Assembly: GCA_963810095.1 (NCBI GenBank)
Contig: CAWEMM010000012.1
Location: 256,001-320,000 of the forward strand
Direction of reading: 5' to 3'
Length of the DNA stretch: 64,000 nucleotides
Source of the DNA: an uncultured Chloroflexia bacterium
Lineage (GTDB): Bacteria; Chloroflexota; Anaerolineae; CG2-30-64-16
Shown: positions 55,289 to 64,000 of the stretch, one piece after another
Position numbering within the stretch: the first letter of the stretch is position 1
Layout of the letters: each line of letters opens with the position of its first letter
The notes under the pieces: model-generated
Databases searched by the model: none
What the model was told of the DNA's origin: nothing
The model's input: the letters and a program-made list of their open reading frames with translations, nothing else
Program-made: the position numbers and the translations under genes

Positions 55289-58069
55289 ATGGCAGACGAG
55301 AGCGGTATGTTGTCCCCGGAGTGGCACACGCTGGGCGCCGAGGACGTGCTCCGCCGGCTGGACGTGGACCCGCAGCGCGGGTTGGATGACGGGGAAGTAC
55401 AGGCCCGGCAGGCGCAGTATGGCCGCAACGAGTTGGAGGAATCGCGGGGCCGTCCGCCCCTCGCCATCCTTCTCGACCAGTTCAAGGAGACAATGGTGAT
55501 CGTGCTCATCGTTGCCGCGATCATCTCCGTCGTTCTGGGCGAGGGCAAAGACGCGGCGGTGATCCTCGTCATCGTGGTCCTCAACGCGATCCTCGGCTTC
55601 ACGCAGGAATACCGCGCCGAGCAGGCGATGGCCGCGCTCAAGAAGATGTCAAACCCGGTGGTTAAGGTGCGACGCAACGGCGCGCTCCAGAAAATCGGAT
55701 CCGATCAACTGGTGCCGGGCGACATCATCGCGATCGAGGCGGGCGATTCCATCCCCGCGGACGCCCGGCTCGTCGAGGCGGTCAACCTGCGCGTGCAGGA
55801 GGCTGCCCTCACGGGCGAGTCGACGCCGGTCGACAAGGACCTGATCGGCACGTTTGCCCCGGACGCGGCCCTGGGCGACCGCCACAACATGATCTTCATG
55901 GGCACGGCCGTGACCCTGGGGAGAGGCGTGGGCGCCATCGTGGAAACCGGGATGCGGACGCAGCTCGGGCATATTGCGCACATGATCCAGAGCGCGGAGG
56001 ACGTCAAGACGCCGCTGCAGAAGAGAATGGCCCGCCTGGGCACTTCGCTTGCGATCGTGGCTCTGGTCATCGTCGCAGTAGTATTCGCGCTGGGCCTGCT
56101 GCGCGGTGAAGAGATCGGCCCGCTGTTCCTCACCTCAGTTGCGATGGCCGTGGCCGTGATCCCCGAAGGGCTGCCCGCGGTCGTGACGATCGCGCTGGCG
56201 CTCGGCGCACAGCGCATGCTCCGCCGCAAGGCATTGATCCGCAACCTGCCCGCAGTCGAGACGCTCGGCTCGGTGACGACCATCTGCTCGGACAAGACGG
56301 GCACGCTGACCGAGAACCGGATGACCGTCGTGCTGCTCGACGTGGCGGGCCAGAGCCAGACCCTTGCCGAGGTCTTGCGCCACGACATGCCCGTACTCCA
56401 GGCAAACGAGGCCAAGCGCCGGGATGGCGCGGACCCCAGTCAGGCCGCCCACGCCATGCTGCTCGCCGCGGCTGCCCTCGCAAACGATGCGGTGCTGCAG
56501 GCCGACCCGCAGAGCGAAGGTGACTTCACCACGATCGGCGACCCGACCGAGGGCGCGCTGGTGGTCGCCGCGGCCCGGCGCGGGCTGTGGAAAAACGACC
56601 TGGACGCGATCTTCCCGCGGGTGGGCGAAGCGCCGTTCACTTCCGAGCGCAAGCTGATGACGACGGTGCACCGGCTGCCGCCCAACGAACCCGCGTCTGT
56701 CATCAATCCGTACCTCCGTAGCATGCTGGAAGCCGAGGGGACGCCGTACGTCGCGCTGACCAAGGGCGCGCCCGACCAACTGCTCAATGTATGCAACCGG
56801 GTCTGGGTCAATGACGCGTTCCAGCCGCTGGACGACGGTTGGCGGCAGCGTATTCGCGACGCAAACGCCAAGCTCGCAGCGGACGGGCTGCGGGTGTTGG
56901 GCGTGGCGATCCGGCCGTTGCCCGAGGCGCCACAGCCCGGCAAGGCCGAAGCCGTGGAGCGCGACCTGGCGATGGTGGGGCTGATCGGGATGATCGACCC
57001 GCCGCGGGCTGAAGTGCGCGACGCAGTGGCCACTTGCCGCAGGGCAGGCATTCGCCCCGTCATGATCACCGGCGATCACCCCCTCACCGCGACCCGCATC
57101 GCGGCGGACCTGGGTATCAGCGAGAACGAGCGCGTGCTGACCGGGCAGGAACTGGCCGTCATGTCTGACTCAGATCTCGACCGGCTGGTGGGCGAAGTTA
57201 ATGTGTACGCCCGTGTCTCGCCAGAACACAAGCTGCGCATCGTCAATGCGCTGCAGCGGCAGGGGCAGGTGTCCGCGATGACGGGCGATGGGGTGAACGA
57301 CGCGCCCGCGCTGCGCCAGGCAGACATCGGCGTGGCAATGGGGATCACGGGCACGGACGTCTCGAAGGAAGCATCAGACATGGTGCTGCTGGACGACAAC
57401 TTCGCGACCATCGTCAATGCGGTGGCCGAGGGCCGGGTCATCTACGACAACGTCCGGAAGTTCATCCGCTACACGCTCACCTCAAATGCGGGCGAGATCG
57501 TCGCGCTGCTCGTCGCGCCGTTCTTCGGCATGCCCATTCCGCTGACCGCCATCCAAATCCTGTGGGTCAACCTCGTGACGGACGGCCTGCCGGGGCTGGC
57601 GCTGGGCGTCGAGCCCCCCGAGCGGAACACGATGAACCGGCCGCCCTACCCCGCCAACGAGAACGTCTTTGCACGCGGCATGGCCCTGCAGATCCTCGTC
57701 ATCGGCTTCGTCATGGGCGCGGTCTCGCTCCTGATGGGCTACCTGGAGTGGCGGGCAGGCAATCCGGCGTGGGTCACGATGGTATTCATGACCCTGACGC
57801 TATCACAGATGGGCAACGCGCTGGCCATCCGGTCGGACCGGGACTCGCTGTTCCGCATCGGGCTGCTGTCGAACAAGCCGATGCTCGGCGCGGTCCTCCT
57901 GACCTTCCTGCTTCAACTCGTGGTGACGTACGTCCCGTTCTTCCAGGATATCTTCGGAACGCAAGCACTGACGGCTGGCGAGCTCGCGATCAGCCTGGCG
58001 GCGAGCACCGTCGTCTTCATCGTGAGCGAAATCTGGAAAGCGATCCTGCGCCGGCAATCGGGGGAATGA
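55289..58069 (+). CDS. P-type IIA cation (Ca2+-type) ATPase
   Basis: TGES, IPEGLP, DKTGTLT, KGAP, DPPR, TGDGVNDAP, WVNLVTDG. Confidence 0.95.
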   Translation: MADESGMLSPEWHTLGAEDVLRRLDVDPQRGLDDGEVQARQAQYGRNELEESRGRPPLAILLDQFKETMVIVLIVAAIISVVLGEGKDAAVILVIVVLNAILGFTQEYRAEQAMAALKKMSNPVVKVRRNGALQKIGSDQLVPGDIIAIEAGDSIPADARLVEAVNLRVQEAALTGESTPVDKDLIGTFAPDAALGDRHNMIFMGTAVTLGRGVGAIVETGMRTQLGHIAHMIQSAEDVKTPLQKRMARLGTSLAIVALVIVAVVFALGLLRGEEIGPLFLTSVAMAVAVIPEGLPAVVTIALALGAQRMLRRKALIRNLPAVETLGSVTTICSDKTGTLTENRMTVVLLDVAGQSQTLAEVLRHDMPVLQANEAKRRDGADPSQAAHAMLLAAAALANDAVLQADPQSEGDFTTIGDPTEGALVVAAARRGLWKNDLDAIFPRVGEAPFTSERKLMTTVHRLPPNEPASVINPYLRSMLEAEGTPYVALTKGAPDQLLNVCNRVWVNDAFQPLDDGWRQRIRDANAKLAADGLRVLGVAIRPLPEAPQPGKAEAVERDLAMVGLIGMIDPPRAEVRDAVATCRRAGIRPVMITGDHPLTATRIAADLGISENERVLTGQELAVMSDSDLDRLVGEVNVYARVSPEHKLRIVNALQRQGQVSAMTGDGVNDAPALRQADIGVAMGITGTDVSKEASDMVLLDDNFATIVNAVAEGRVIYDNVRKFIRYTLTSNAGEIVALLVAPFFGMPIPLTAIQILWVNLVTDGLPGLALGVEPPERNTMNRPPYPANENVFARGMALQILVIGFVMGAVSLLMGYLEWRAGNPAWVTMVFMTLTLSQMGNALAIRSDRDSLFRIGLLSNKPMLGAVLLTFLLQLVVTYVPFFQDIFGTQALTAGELAISLAASTVVFIVSEIWKAILRRQSGE

Positions 58070-58080
58070 AACGGGAGATC

Positions 58081-58200
58081 AACCACAAAGGCACGAAGTC
58101 ACTAAGGTTCACGAAGTTTCTTCTGACTTCAGCACAGTGAGGTCATAGATATCAAGAAATGGTCTTCGGGGGGCTTTGTGACTTCGTGTCTTTGTGGTTA
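58081..58200. repeat. AACCACAAAGGCACGAAG / CTTCGTGTCTTTGTGGTT inverted pair
   Basis: Same family as 37804. Confidence 0.8.
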
Positions 58201-58281
58201 TAAAAGATTCGCGTGCCACATCTCCGCCCGCTTGCGTTTGTGCTCCTCATCACATAGAATGGCCCTAAAAGGAGGATCCCC

Positions 58282-59260
58282 ATGATCCCCAACCAATGGT
58301 ACGCGGTCCTGGAATCCCACGAGGTCAAGCGAGGCAAGCCGGTCGGCGTCACCCGCATGGGTGAGAAGATGGTTTTCTGGCGCGATCCGGCAGGGAAGGT
58401 GGTGGCTCAGGCCGACCTGTGCCCGCACCGTGGCGTCGCACTGAGCGCGGGCCAGATTGAAGGGCGACTGCATCATGTGCCCCTTCCATGGCTTCCTCTT
58501 CGACAGCTCGGGCCGGTGCACGTTAATTCCCGCAAACGGCGCCAACACCCCCATCCCCAAAGCCTTCAACGTCAGAACCTATCCCACCTACGAGGCGAAC
58601 GACTTCATTTTCCTCTATTGGGGTGAACCCAAAGGGGACATCGGTAAGCCCCCCTGGTTCGCCGATATCGACGCGAGCTTCTCGTACGCCTCGGGTTCGG
58701 ATCACTGGCCAACGCACTACTCGCGCTGCATCGAAAACCAGCTCGACGTCCCGCACGTGCCGTTCGTCCACAAGACCACTATCGGGCGCGGCTCGGGCAC
58801 CATCATCGACGGTCCGTGGGTGACATGGACTGCTGACGACCGGTTCAATATCGTCCCGCTCTACCGCACGGAGGACGGCAGTACCGCGATTCGGGCGGAC
58901 CAGGCTCCTGTGCCCCAGAAAGAATTCCACCTCGAATTCATCTTCCCGAACCTGTGGCAGAACTACCTTTCGGAGAAGCTCCGGGCAATGCTGGCCTTTG
59001 TCCCCGTCGACGACGAGAACACGGTCATCTATCTGCGGCAATACCAGAAGTTCGTGGGGACGCCTGGGGTGCGCACTGTGGTCAACAAGCTGTCCATGCC
59101 GTTCAACAAATTGATTCTGCGGCAGGACAAGCGCCCTGTCATCACCGAGCGGCCGAAGGCCACCAGCTTGCGCATGGGCGAAAAGCTCATCCCCGCCGAC
59201 GGGCCGATCATCGAGTATCGCCGCCACCGGCAGAAGCTGATCGACGCGGCGAACTGCTAG
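58282..59260 (+). CDS. Rieske non-heme iron oxygenase alpha subunit (one frameshift)
   Basis: CPHRG..CPFHG, ENQLDVPHVPFVH, QD. Confidence 0.9.
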
Positions 59261-59288
59261 GCCAGCCGTTCGGAGCCCCGAAGAGCCC

Positions 59289-59690
59289 TCACGGCTTCTT
59301 GCTCTTCGGGGCCTTCTTTGCCTTGGGCGGCAGCGTCGCGGCGTAGGTTAGCGCCTTGTCCAGCCAGGCAGTCCATTCCTGAGGCGCTGCGGACATCGCC
59401 TCCGAAGTCTGCACGTACTCTCGCATCGGCCGTTGTCCCATCGGGGTGAAGACCGCCGCGCCCGGCAAGGTCAGGAACGCTGCCCGGTCATCCGGCGCCA
59501 GCCGGAAGAAGATCCGTTCTCCGAAAACTCCGGCAAACATGTTCCCGCTGTAGAATGCGCACGGGCAGCCGAACATCTTTCGCGCCTCTACGGCCGGCAG
59601 CGGACGTATTGCTTCTCCAAACGCCTCAACCAGCTCCAATGGCGGCTTGGGCCACCGGCCCATGCTGCCGCCAGCAGTCTCTGCTGTCAT
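59289..59690 (-). CDS. TfoX N-terminal domain protein
   Basis: RKMFGCP..GNMFAG..FFRL..PMREYV. Confidence 0.8.
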   Translation of the reverse strand: MTAETAGGSMGRWPKPPLELVEAFGEAIRPLPAVEARKMFGCPCAFYSGNMFAGVFGERIFFRLAPDDRAAFLTLPGAAVFTPMGQRPMREYVQTSEAMSAAPQEWTAWLDKALTYAATLPPKAKKAPKSKKP

Positions 59691-59765
59691 CTGCCCCTCC
59701 CATAGACGCGACGAATCCCCACGGATTATAACACCGTGGGGATTCGCGCTGGACGCGGCAGCCTG

Positions 59766-60575
59766 CTAGAGTTCTTGCCGGCGGAAGACGATGATCGCAA
59801 TGGCGACGAACAGCGCCGAGGCAAACACGGCAAAGTAGACGGCGGTCAGCGGCGTGGGCTGGCCTGCCAGCAGCGCCATCGACACACTCTTTGCGTCGGC
59901 CGAGCTGCCGTTTATCGGCATGGCCAGGGTCCACGGCAGCAGGTTCGCCAACGCCGGATTGAGCTCCGCCAGCTTGGGCGCGAGGAACTGCTGTGCAAAC
60001 AGGAACGCCATCGGCAGGCCAATGACCGGGGCCGGGTGATCGAGAAGCACGCCCAACATCAGGGTGAGCGTCAGGTAGAAGAGGATGTTGGCGAAGAGCG
60101 CGCCCAGGGCTGCCAGCCAGTCGAGTGGCGGCACCCACGTGCCGAGCACGAGCCCGGTGATCAGGTAAGCAATGAGCCCCTGCGCCAGCACCATCGTGAC
60201 GAGAATGCCGAGCGTGTTGGCAACGAACTTCGAGAGGATGAACGCCGGACGCGAGAGCGGCTTGGACAGCACCCACGCCGCCGTGCCCGCGCGCTTCTCG
60301 CCGATCACCGCGTTCTGCATGATGATTGTCACACCGATCGGGCCCGCGATCCCCATGAAGATGCAAAAGATCATGCTCAGGTCGAACCCCGCATTTTGGG
60401 CGTTGAGCGCAGTGATCAGGTAGATCAGGTTGATCGAAGCAGCCCAGATCAGGATTTGGTTGAGCCATGTGCGGGTGGCGAACCACGCGCCCAACTCGCC
60501 GCGCAGCATATTCCGCAGACCGCGCGTCCACCCCCCGCCCGTCTCCATAATCATCGCACTGTTACCGCTGGCCAT
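59766..60575 (-). CDS. ABC-2 permease
   Basis: GEKRAGTAAWVLSKPLSR..FILSKF. Confidence 0.9.
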   Translation of the reverse strand: MASGNSAMIMETGGGWTRGLRNMLRGELGAWFATRTWLNQILIWAASINLIYLITALNAQNAGFDLSMIFCIFMGIAGPIGVTIIMQNAVIGEKRAGTAAWVLSKPLSRPAFILSKFVANTLGILVTMVLAQGLIAYLITGLVLGTWVPPLDWLAALGALFANILFYLTLTLMLGVLLDHPAPVIGLPMAFLFAQQFLAPKLAELNPALANLLPWTLAMPINGSSADAKSVSMALLAGQPTPLTAVYFAVFASALFVAIAIIVFRRQEL

Positions 60576-61533
60576 GTTGCTCACCTCCCTCGACGAGGCG
60601 GAGGAAGACATCCTCCAACTTGTTCTCCTTCAGATGATAGTCGGTCACGATCACGCCCTCGGCCTGCGCCAGGAGGCGGAAGAGGGACGCTTCGGCGGCG
60701 CCCGGGTCACACACGCTCACGGTCCACTTGGTCGAACCGTTGGCCGGCCCCTGCCGAATCCCCGTGACCCACGGCTGCCCGGCGACGACGGGATAGATCG
60801 CTTCCGTGTTACCTTTCAGCCCCACCTCGTACGCCACGCCGCCCTGATCGGCCGATAAGAGCTCGGCAATCGAACCCGATGCGATCAGTTGACCGTGATT
60901 GAGGATGGCCACGGTGTCGCTGACACGCTGGACGTCGTCGAGGATGTGGGTGCAGTAGAAGATCGTCGTGTGCTCGCGCAACCGCTCCATCACCTCGAGC
61001 ACGTCGTGCCGGCCCATCGGATCGAGCGAGGCTGCCGGCTCGTCGAGGATCAGCAGGTCAGGATAGTTCACCTGCGCCTGCGCGATCCCCACACGCTGGC
61101 GCTCGCCGCCCGAGAAGCCCTTGATCGGCCGGTCGGCCTTGTCCGACAACCCCACCAACTCCAGCGTCTCGGCCACCCGTGCGTCGATTTCCGCCTGGGG
61201 ACCCCGGAAGAAGAAGTGCGCCGTGTAGTCGAGGATCTGTCGTGCGGTCATGTGCTCGTAGAAGCGCGGGTCCTGGGGCAGGTAACCGATCCGGGCGCGG
61301 ATGGCTACAGAATCCCGGACGGAGTCGAGCCCGAAGACACTTGCCGACCCGTCCGTCGGACGGATAAGACCCAGCAACAGCTTGATCGTGGTGGTCTTGC
61401 CCGCACCGTTTGGACCGAGAAAGCCGAAAATCGAATGCTGCGGCACACGCAGGTTAAGGTCCTTGAGCGCGTGGATTTCCTTAAATGACTTGCTCAAGCC
61501 GTGCGTATCGATAACCCAATCGGTTCCGTTCAT
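60562..61533 (-). CDS. ABC transporter ATP-binding protein
   Basis: GPNGAGKTT, FSGGERQR, LDEP. Confidence 0.93.
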   Translation of the reverse strand: MNGTDWVIDTHGLSKSFKEIHALKDLNLRVPQHSIFGFLGPNGAGKTTTIKLLLGLIRPTDGSASVFGLDSVRDSVAIRARIGYLPQDPRFYEHMTARQILDYTAHFFFRGPQAEIDARVAETLELVGLSDKADRPIKGFSGGERQRVGIAQAQVNYPDLLILDEPAASLDPMGRHDVLEVMERLREHTTIFYCTHILDDVQRVSDTVAILNHGQLIASGSIAELLSADQGGVAYEVGLKGNTEAIYPVVAGQPWVTGIRQGPANGSTKWTVSVCDPGAAEASLFRLLAQAEGVIVTDYHLKENKLEDVFLRLVEGGEQHGQR

Positions 61534-61648
61534 GGTCGCCTCCTTGCGGCCGTCATGGCAAGCCGCCTGTGTGTACTTACGCAAGATCCCTTCGGAGGTC
61601 GCGCGCCGGGAGCCCGCCCGATGAAATAGCCGATATCTTTTTGGGGGC

Positions 61649-61704
61649 TTGACAAAAGCAGTCATTGGGTGTAAATAGTAGTTGTCTTAGCAACTACTAT
61701 TTAC
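61649..61704 (+). promoter_or_regulatory. Promoter overlapped by perfect 14-bp inverted repeat (operator)
   Basis: TTGACA 61649-61654, 17 bp, TAAATA; GTAAATAGTAGTTG-TCTTAG-CAACTACTATTTAC at 61671-61704. Confidence 0.8.
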
Positions 61705-61713
61705 GGAGGAAGC

Positions 61714-62640
61714 ATGGGCGACGCGCAGGGGCTGCTGACAGAATTGGGATTTGGCGAGTACGAAGCGAGGGCATACCTGGCGCTGCTGGGCCGCGAGTCG
61801 CTCAACGGCTATGAATTGGCGAAACTGTCGGGGGTTCCCCGTGCCAATATCTACGGGGTCCTGCAGAAGCTGGAGGACCGGGGCGCGGTCGTCCACATGG
61901 ACACGGCGGCCGGCAGCCGTTACGCCGCGCTCCCCGTCTCCGAGCTGCTCACGAACCTCGAGCGGCGCTACCAGGCGACTCTGGCGGCCACCGCCGACGA
62001 ACTCAGCCAGATTACCGCCCCAGCCGAGGACGGTCACGCGTGGAACATCGAAGGGTACGAACACCTGCTGGAGCATGCCCGCGCACTCCTCGGCCAGGCC
62101 GAAGGGCGCATTCTCGTGGCCACCTGGCCGCAGGAAGCCCGAGTCCTGGCGGCAGACCTGAACGGCGCACAGGAGCGGGGGGTCGAGATTACCACGCTCT
62201 GCCTCGCGGGCTGCCAGCAGGAATGCGGCGCTTGCCGGGGCAGCATCCACCGCTACCGTCTGTCGGACGACGAGGCCGAGCGCACGCTGGTCGTCGTCAC
62301 GGACCATCCGAGTACGACCGCGGAGACGGAAAGCGACGGCGACGTTCTCGCCGCCGAGATCTTCCCCGGCGGGCCAGATGCGCTCGTCGTCTACGCCGCC
62401 CGCGGCATCCGCACCCGCCAGCGACAGCTCGTCGACCTGACGGCTTCGTACATCCGCCACAGCGTCGCGCTCGCCGCGGTGCTGGCCGACCTGGGGCCGC
62501 ATCTCGCCAAGCTGCTTCATCCTGAGACGCGGCGGGCCCTGGCCCAACTGTTTGCACCCGGCCCCCACGCGGAGTGGCTCGCCGGGCTGCTCGACCGCCC
62601 GGCTGCAAACCCAGCCGGGGATGATCCTGCCAGCACATAG
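61714..62640 (+). CDS. TrmB-family transcriptional regulator
   Basis: LGFGEYEARAYLALL..GYELAKLSGVPRANIYGVLQKL..G; WNIEG. Confidence 0.9.
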   Translation: MGDAQGLLTELGFGEYEARAYLALLGRESLNGYELAKLSGVPRANIYGVLQKLEDRGAVVHMDTAAGSRYAALPVSELLTNLERRYQATLAATADELSQITAPAEDGHAWNIEGYEHLLEHARALLGQAEGRILVATWPQEARVLAADLNGAQERGVEITTLCLAGCQQECGACRGSIHRYRLSDDEAERTLVVVTDHPSTTAETESDGDVLAAEIFPGGPDALVVYAARGIRTRQRQLVDLTASYIRHSVALAAVLADLGPHLAKLLHPETRRALAQLFAPGPHAEWLAGLLDRPAANPAGDDPAST

Positions 62641-62684
62641 CCCCGGACGCGAGGCCGTACCGGAAAGAGTATCGGAGTGGAGAG

Positions 62685-63350
62685 ATGAACGTGTTAGGGA
62701 AGCGAAGGATTGTGTGGTTGGTTGTCGTCGTGGCGATGTTGGCAGCACTCTTGGGGGTGCCTATCGGCGCCGCGGCCCATGGGGCCGTTCCGAGCCGGCC
62801 GGAGTCTCGGGCACAAGCGCTTGCTTTTGACCGGCAGATGCACAAGCTGTGGGAGGATCATGTCACCTGGACCCGGCTGGTCATCGTCAGCTTTGCGGCC
62901 GGCCTGCCCGACTTCAACACGGCCGTAACGCGCCTGCTGCAGAACCAGGTCGACATCGGCAACGCCGTCAAGCCATTCTACGGGGACGCAGCGGGCAATC
63001 AGTTGACCGGGCTGCTGAAGGAGCATATCCTGATCGCGGCCGACCTGCTTCAGGCGGCCAAGGCCGGCGACACCGCGGCGTTCAACAGCGCTAAGGCCCG
63101 CTGGTACGCCAACGCCGATCAGATAGCGGCGTTTCTGAGTGCAGCCAATCCGCAGAACTGGCCGCTGGCCGACATGCAGCAGATGATGCACCAGCATCTC
63201 GACCTGACCCTTCAAGAGGCCTCGGCGAGGCTGAGCGGCAACTGGAGCGGTGATGCGGCCGCCTACGATGCCGTGCATAACGAGATTCTTGCGATGGCCG
63301 ACATGCTGAGCGAGGGGATCATCAGGCAGTTCCCCAACCAGTTCCGCTAA
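62685..63350 (+). CDS. Secreted conserved helical protein of unknown function
   Basis: Signal peptide; KLWEDHVTWTR, LLKEHI, WYANAD, MMHQHL; several helix-spaced His residues. Confidence 0.75.
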   Translation: MNVLGKRRIVWLVVVVAMLAALLGVPIGAAAHGAVPSRPESRAQALAFDRQMHKLWEDHVTWTRLVIVSFAAGLPDFNTAVTRLLQNQVDIGNAVKPFYGDAAGNQLTGLLKEHILIAADLLQAAKAGDTAAFNSAKARWYANADQIAAFLSAANPQNWPLADMQQMMHQHLDLTLQEASARLSGNWSGDAAAYDAVHNEILAMADMLSEGIIRQFPNQFR

Positions 63351-63364
63351 GCGGCCGGGCACCA

Positions 63365-63407
63365 AAAAGCTCAGCCGTCGAGTGTTACGCTCGACGGCTG
63401 AGCTTTT
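63365..63407. terminator. Bidirectional intrinsic terminator
   Basis: AAAAGCTCAGCCGTCGAG..CTCGACGGCTGAGCTTTT between convergent genes. Confidence 0.85.
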
Positions 63408-63476
63408 GTGTTCGGAAGGTCGCGCGGTGAATGCCTGCGCAGTGTCACGCCGGACCGCGCGCTGTCAGGAGAATTG

Positions 63477-64000
63477 CTAGGTGATCAAGGGGCGTATTCG
63501 CGCGGCGAATGCTTCGCTTGCGGGGTCATCCGTGACAATACGCACGTCCTCAGGTCGCCGCGCACCCAGCTCCAGCTCGACGGCCCGGGCAATCTGCGCC
63601 TGCTCGAAGACCCGGCCCGCGCTCACCTGCGGCGTCGTGCCGAACAGGCGCAAGATGGCCACGCCGACTGCGTCGAGCGCGACCCGATCCCGTCCCGCCA
63701 AAACTACTTCGGGACGCACCACGTTCCCCCGATCCGGTCCGCCGTTCGTGAATGCCTCCACCCCGTCGAGCACCACCAGGCTCGGCGTGTAGCTGCGGTT
63801 GATCTCTGCGATCATCGGCGCGCTGGTTCGGGCTGCCGTGCAGTTCAGTCATGTAGTTGTGGCCGGCCCCGGCGACCTGCTTGGCTGCGAACCCCACTGA
63901 GTTCTTCAGCGAGAGGGTGAAGTGGCCGCCAAAGCGGTGTGTTTTGAGATTGCAGGTCTGGACCACCGCATCCGCGTCGAGGAGCCGTTTCGGCACTGCG
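63477..64000 (-). CDS. DUF362 domain protein (5' partial)
   Basis: LKTHRFGGHFTLSLKNSVG, LDGVEAF..GGP, DRVALDAVG. Confidence 0.85.

Noticed and set aside
59289-59690. TfoX as competence regulator of the Tad locus
   Set aside because: Only the small N-terminal domain, 35 kb away; such proteins are widespread with no shown link to competence.

Overview
High-GC bacterial DNA, most likely Chloroflexota (Anaerolineae-like). This rests on the Flp leader REEGQDLAEY, an 'RVFLPVV' surface-protein motif, PT-rich linkers and a Tad locus with no secretin. Most genes from 0 to ~37 kb are split by 1-bp frameshifts, probably long-read consensus errors, so coordinates there are approximate. 0.2-24.4 kb (+ strand) is an extended Tad/Flp pilus island. 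It opens with a GT-C-like membrane protein, a prenyltransferase-repeat protein, DUF362, a degenerate CPBP protein, a GAF/PAS kinase and an OmpR-type regulator. Then come flp, tadE, cpaB, cpaE, tadB, tadC, a TPR/TolB protein and cpaF. A DnaB C-terminal-only ATPase and a degenerate NERD-like membrane protein follow, then a second tadE, tadG, a prepilin peptidase and DUF192. The rest holds a URO-D-like enzyme, a phosphodiesterase/5'-nucleotidase fusion, two ABC-2 systems, DUF4139, a PucC-like MFS, ltaE, a nitrilase, an ATL, clostripain and an FGE-domain protein. It also holds an MttB/MFS/PLP-lyase/formyltransferase/EamA operon, a DenV-like glycosylase, LysM and SH3 proteins, a P-type ATPase, a Rieske oxygenase, TfoX, a TrmB regulator with a perfect palindromic operator, and a second DUF362. 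Several palindromic repeat families are present, and one copy sits in frame inside a gene. The best candidate for an undescribed system is the Tad pilus with its embedded DnaB-like ATPase/NERD-like pair and upstream putative modification and signalling modules.
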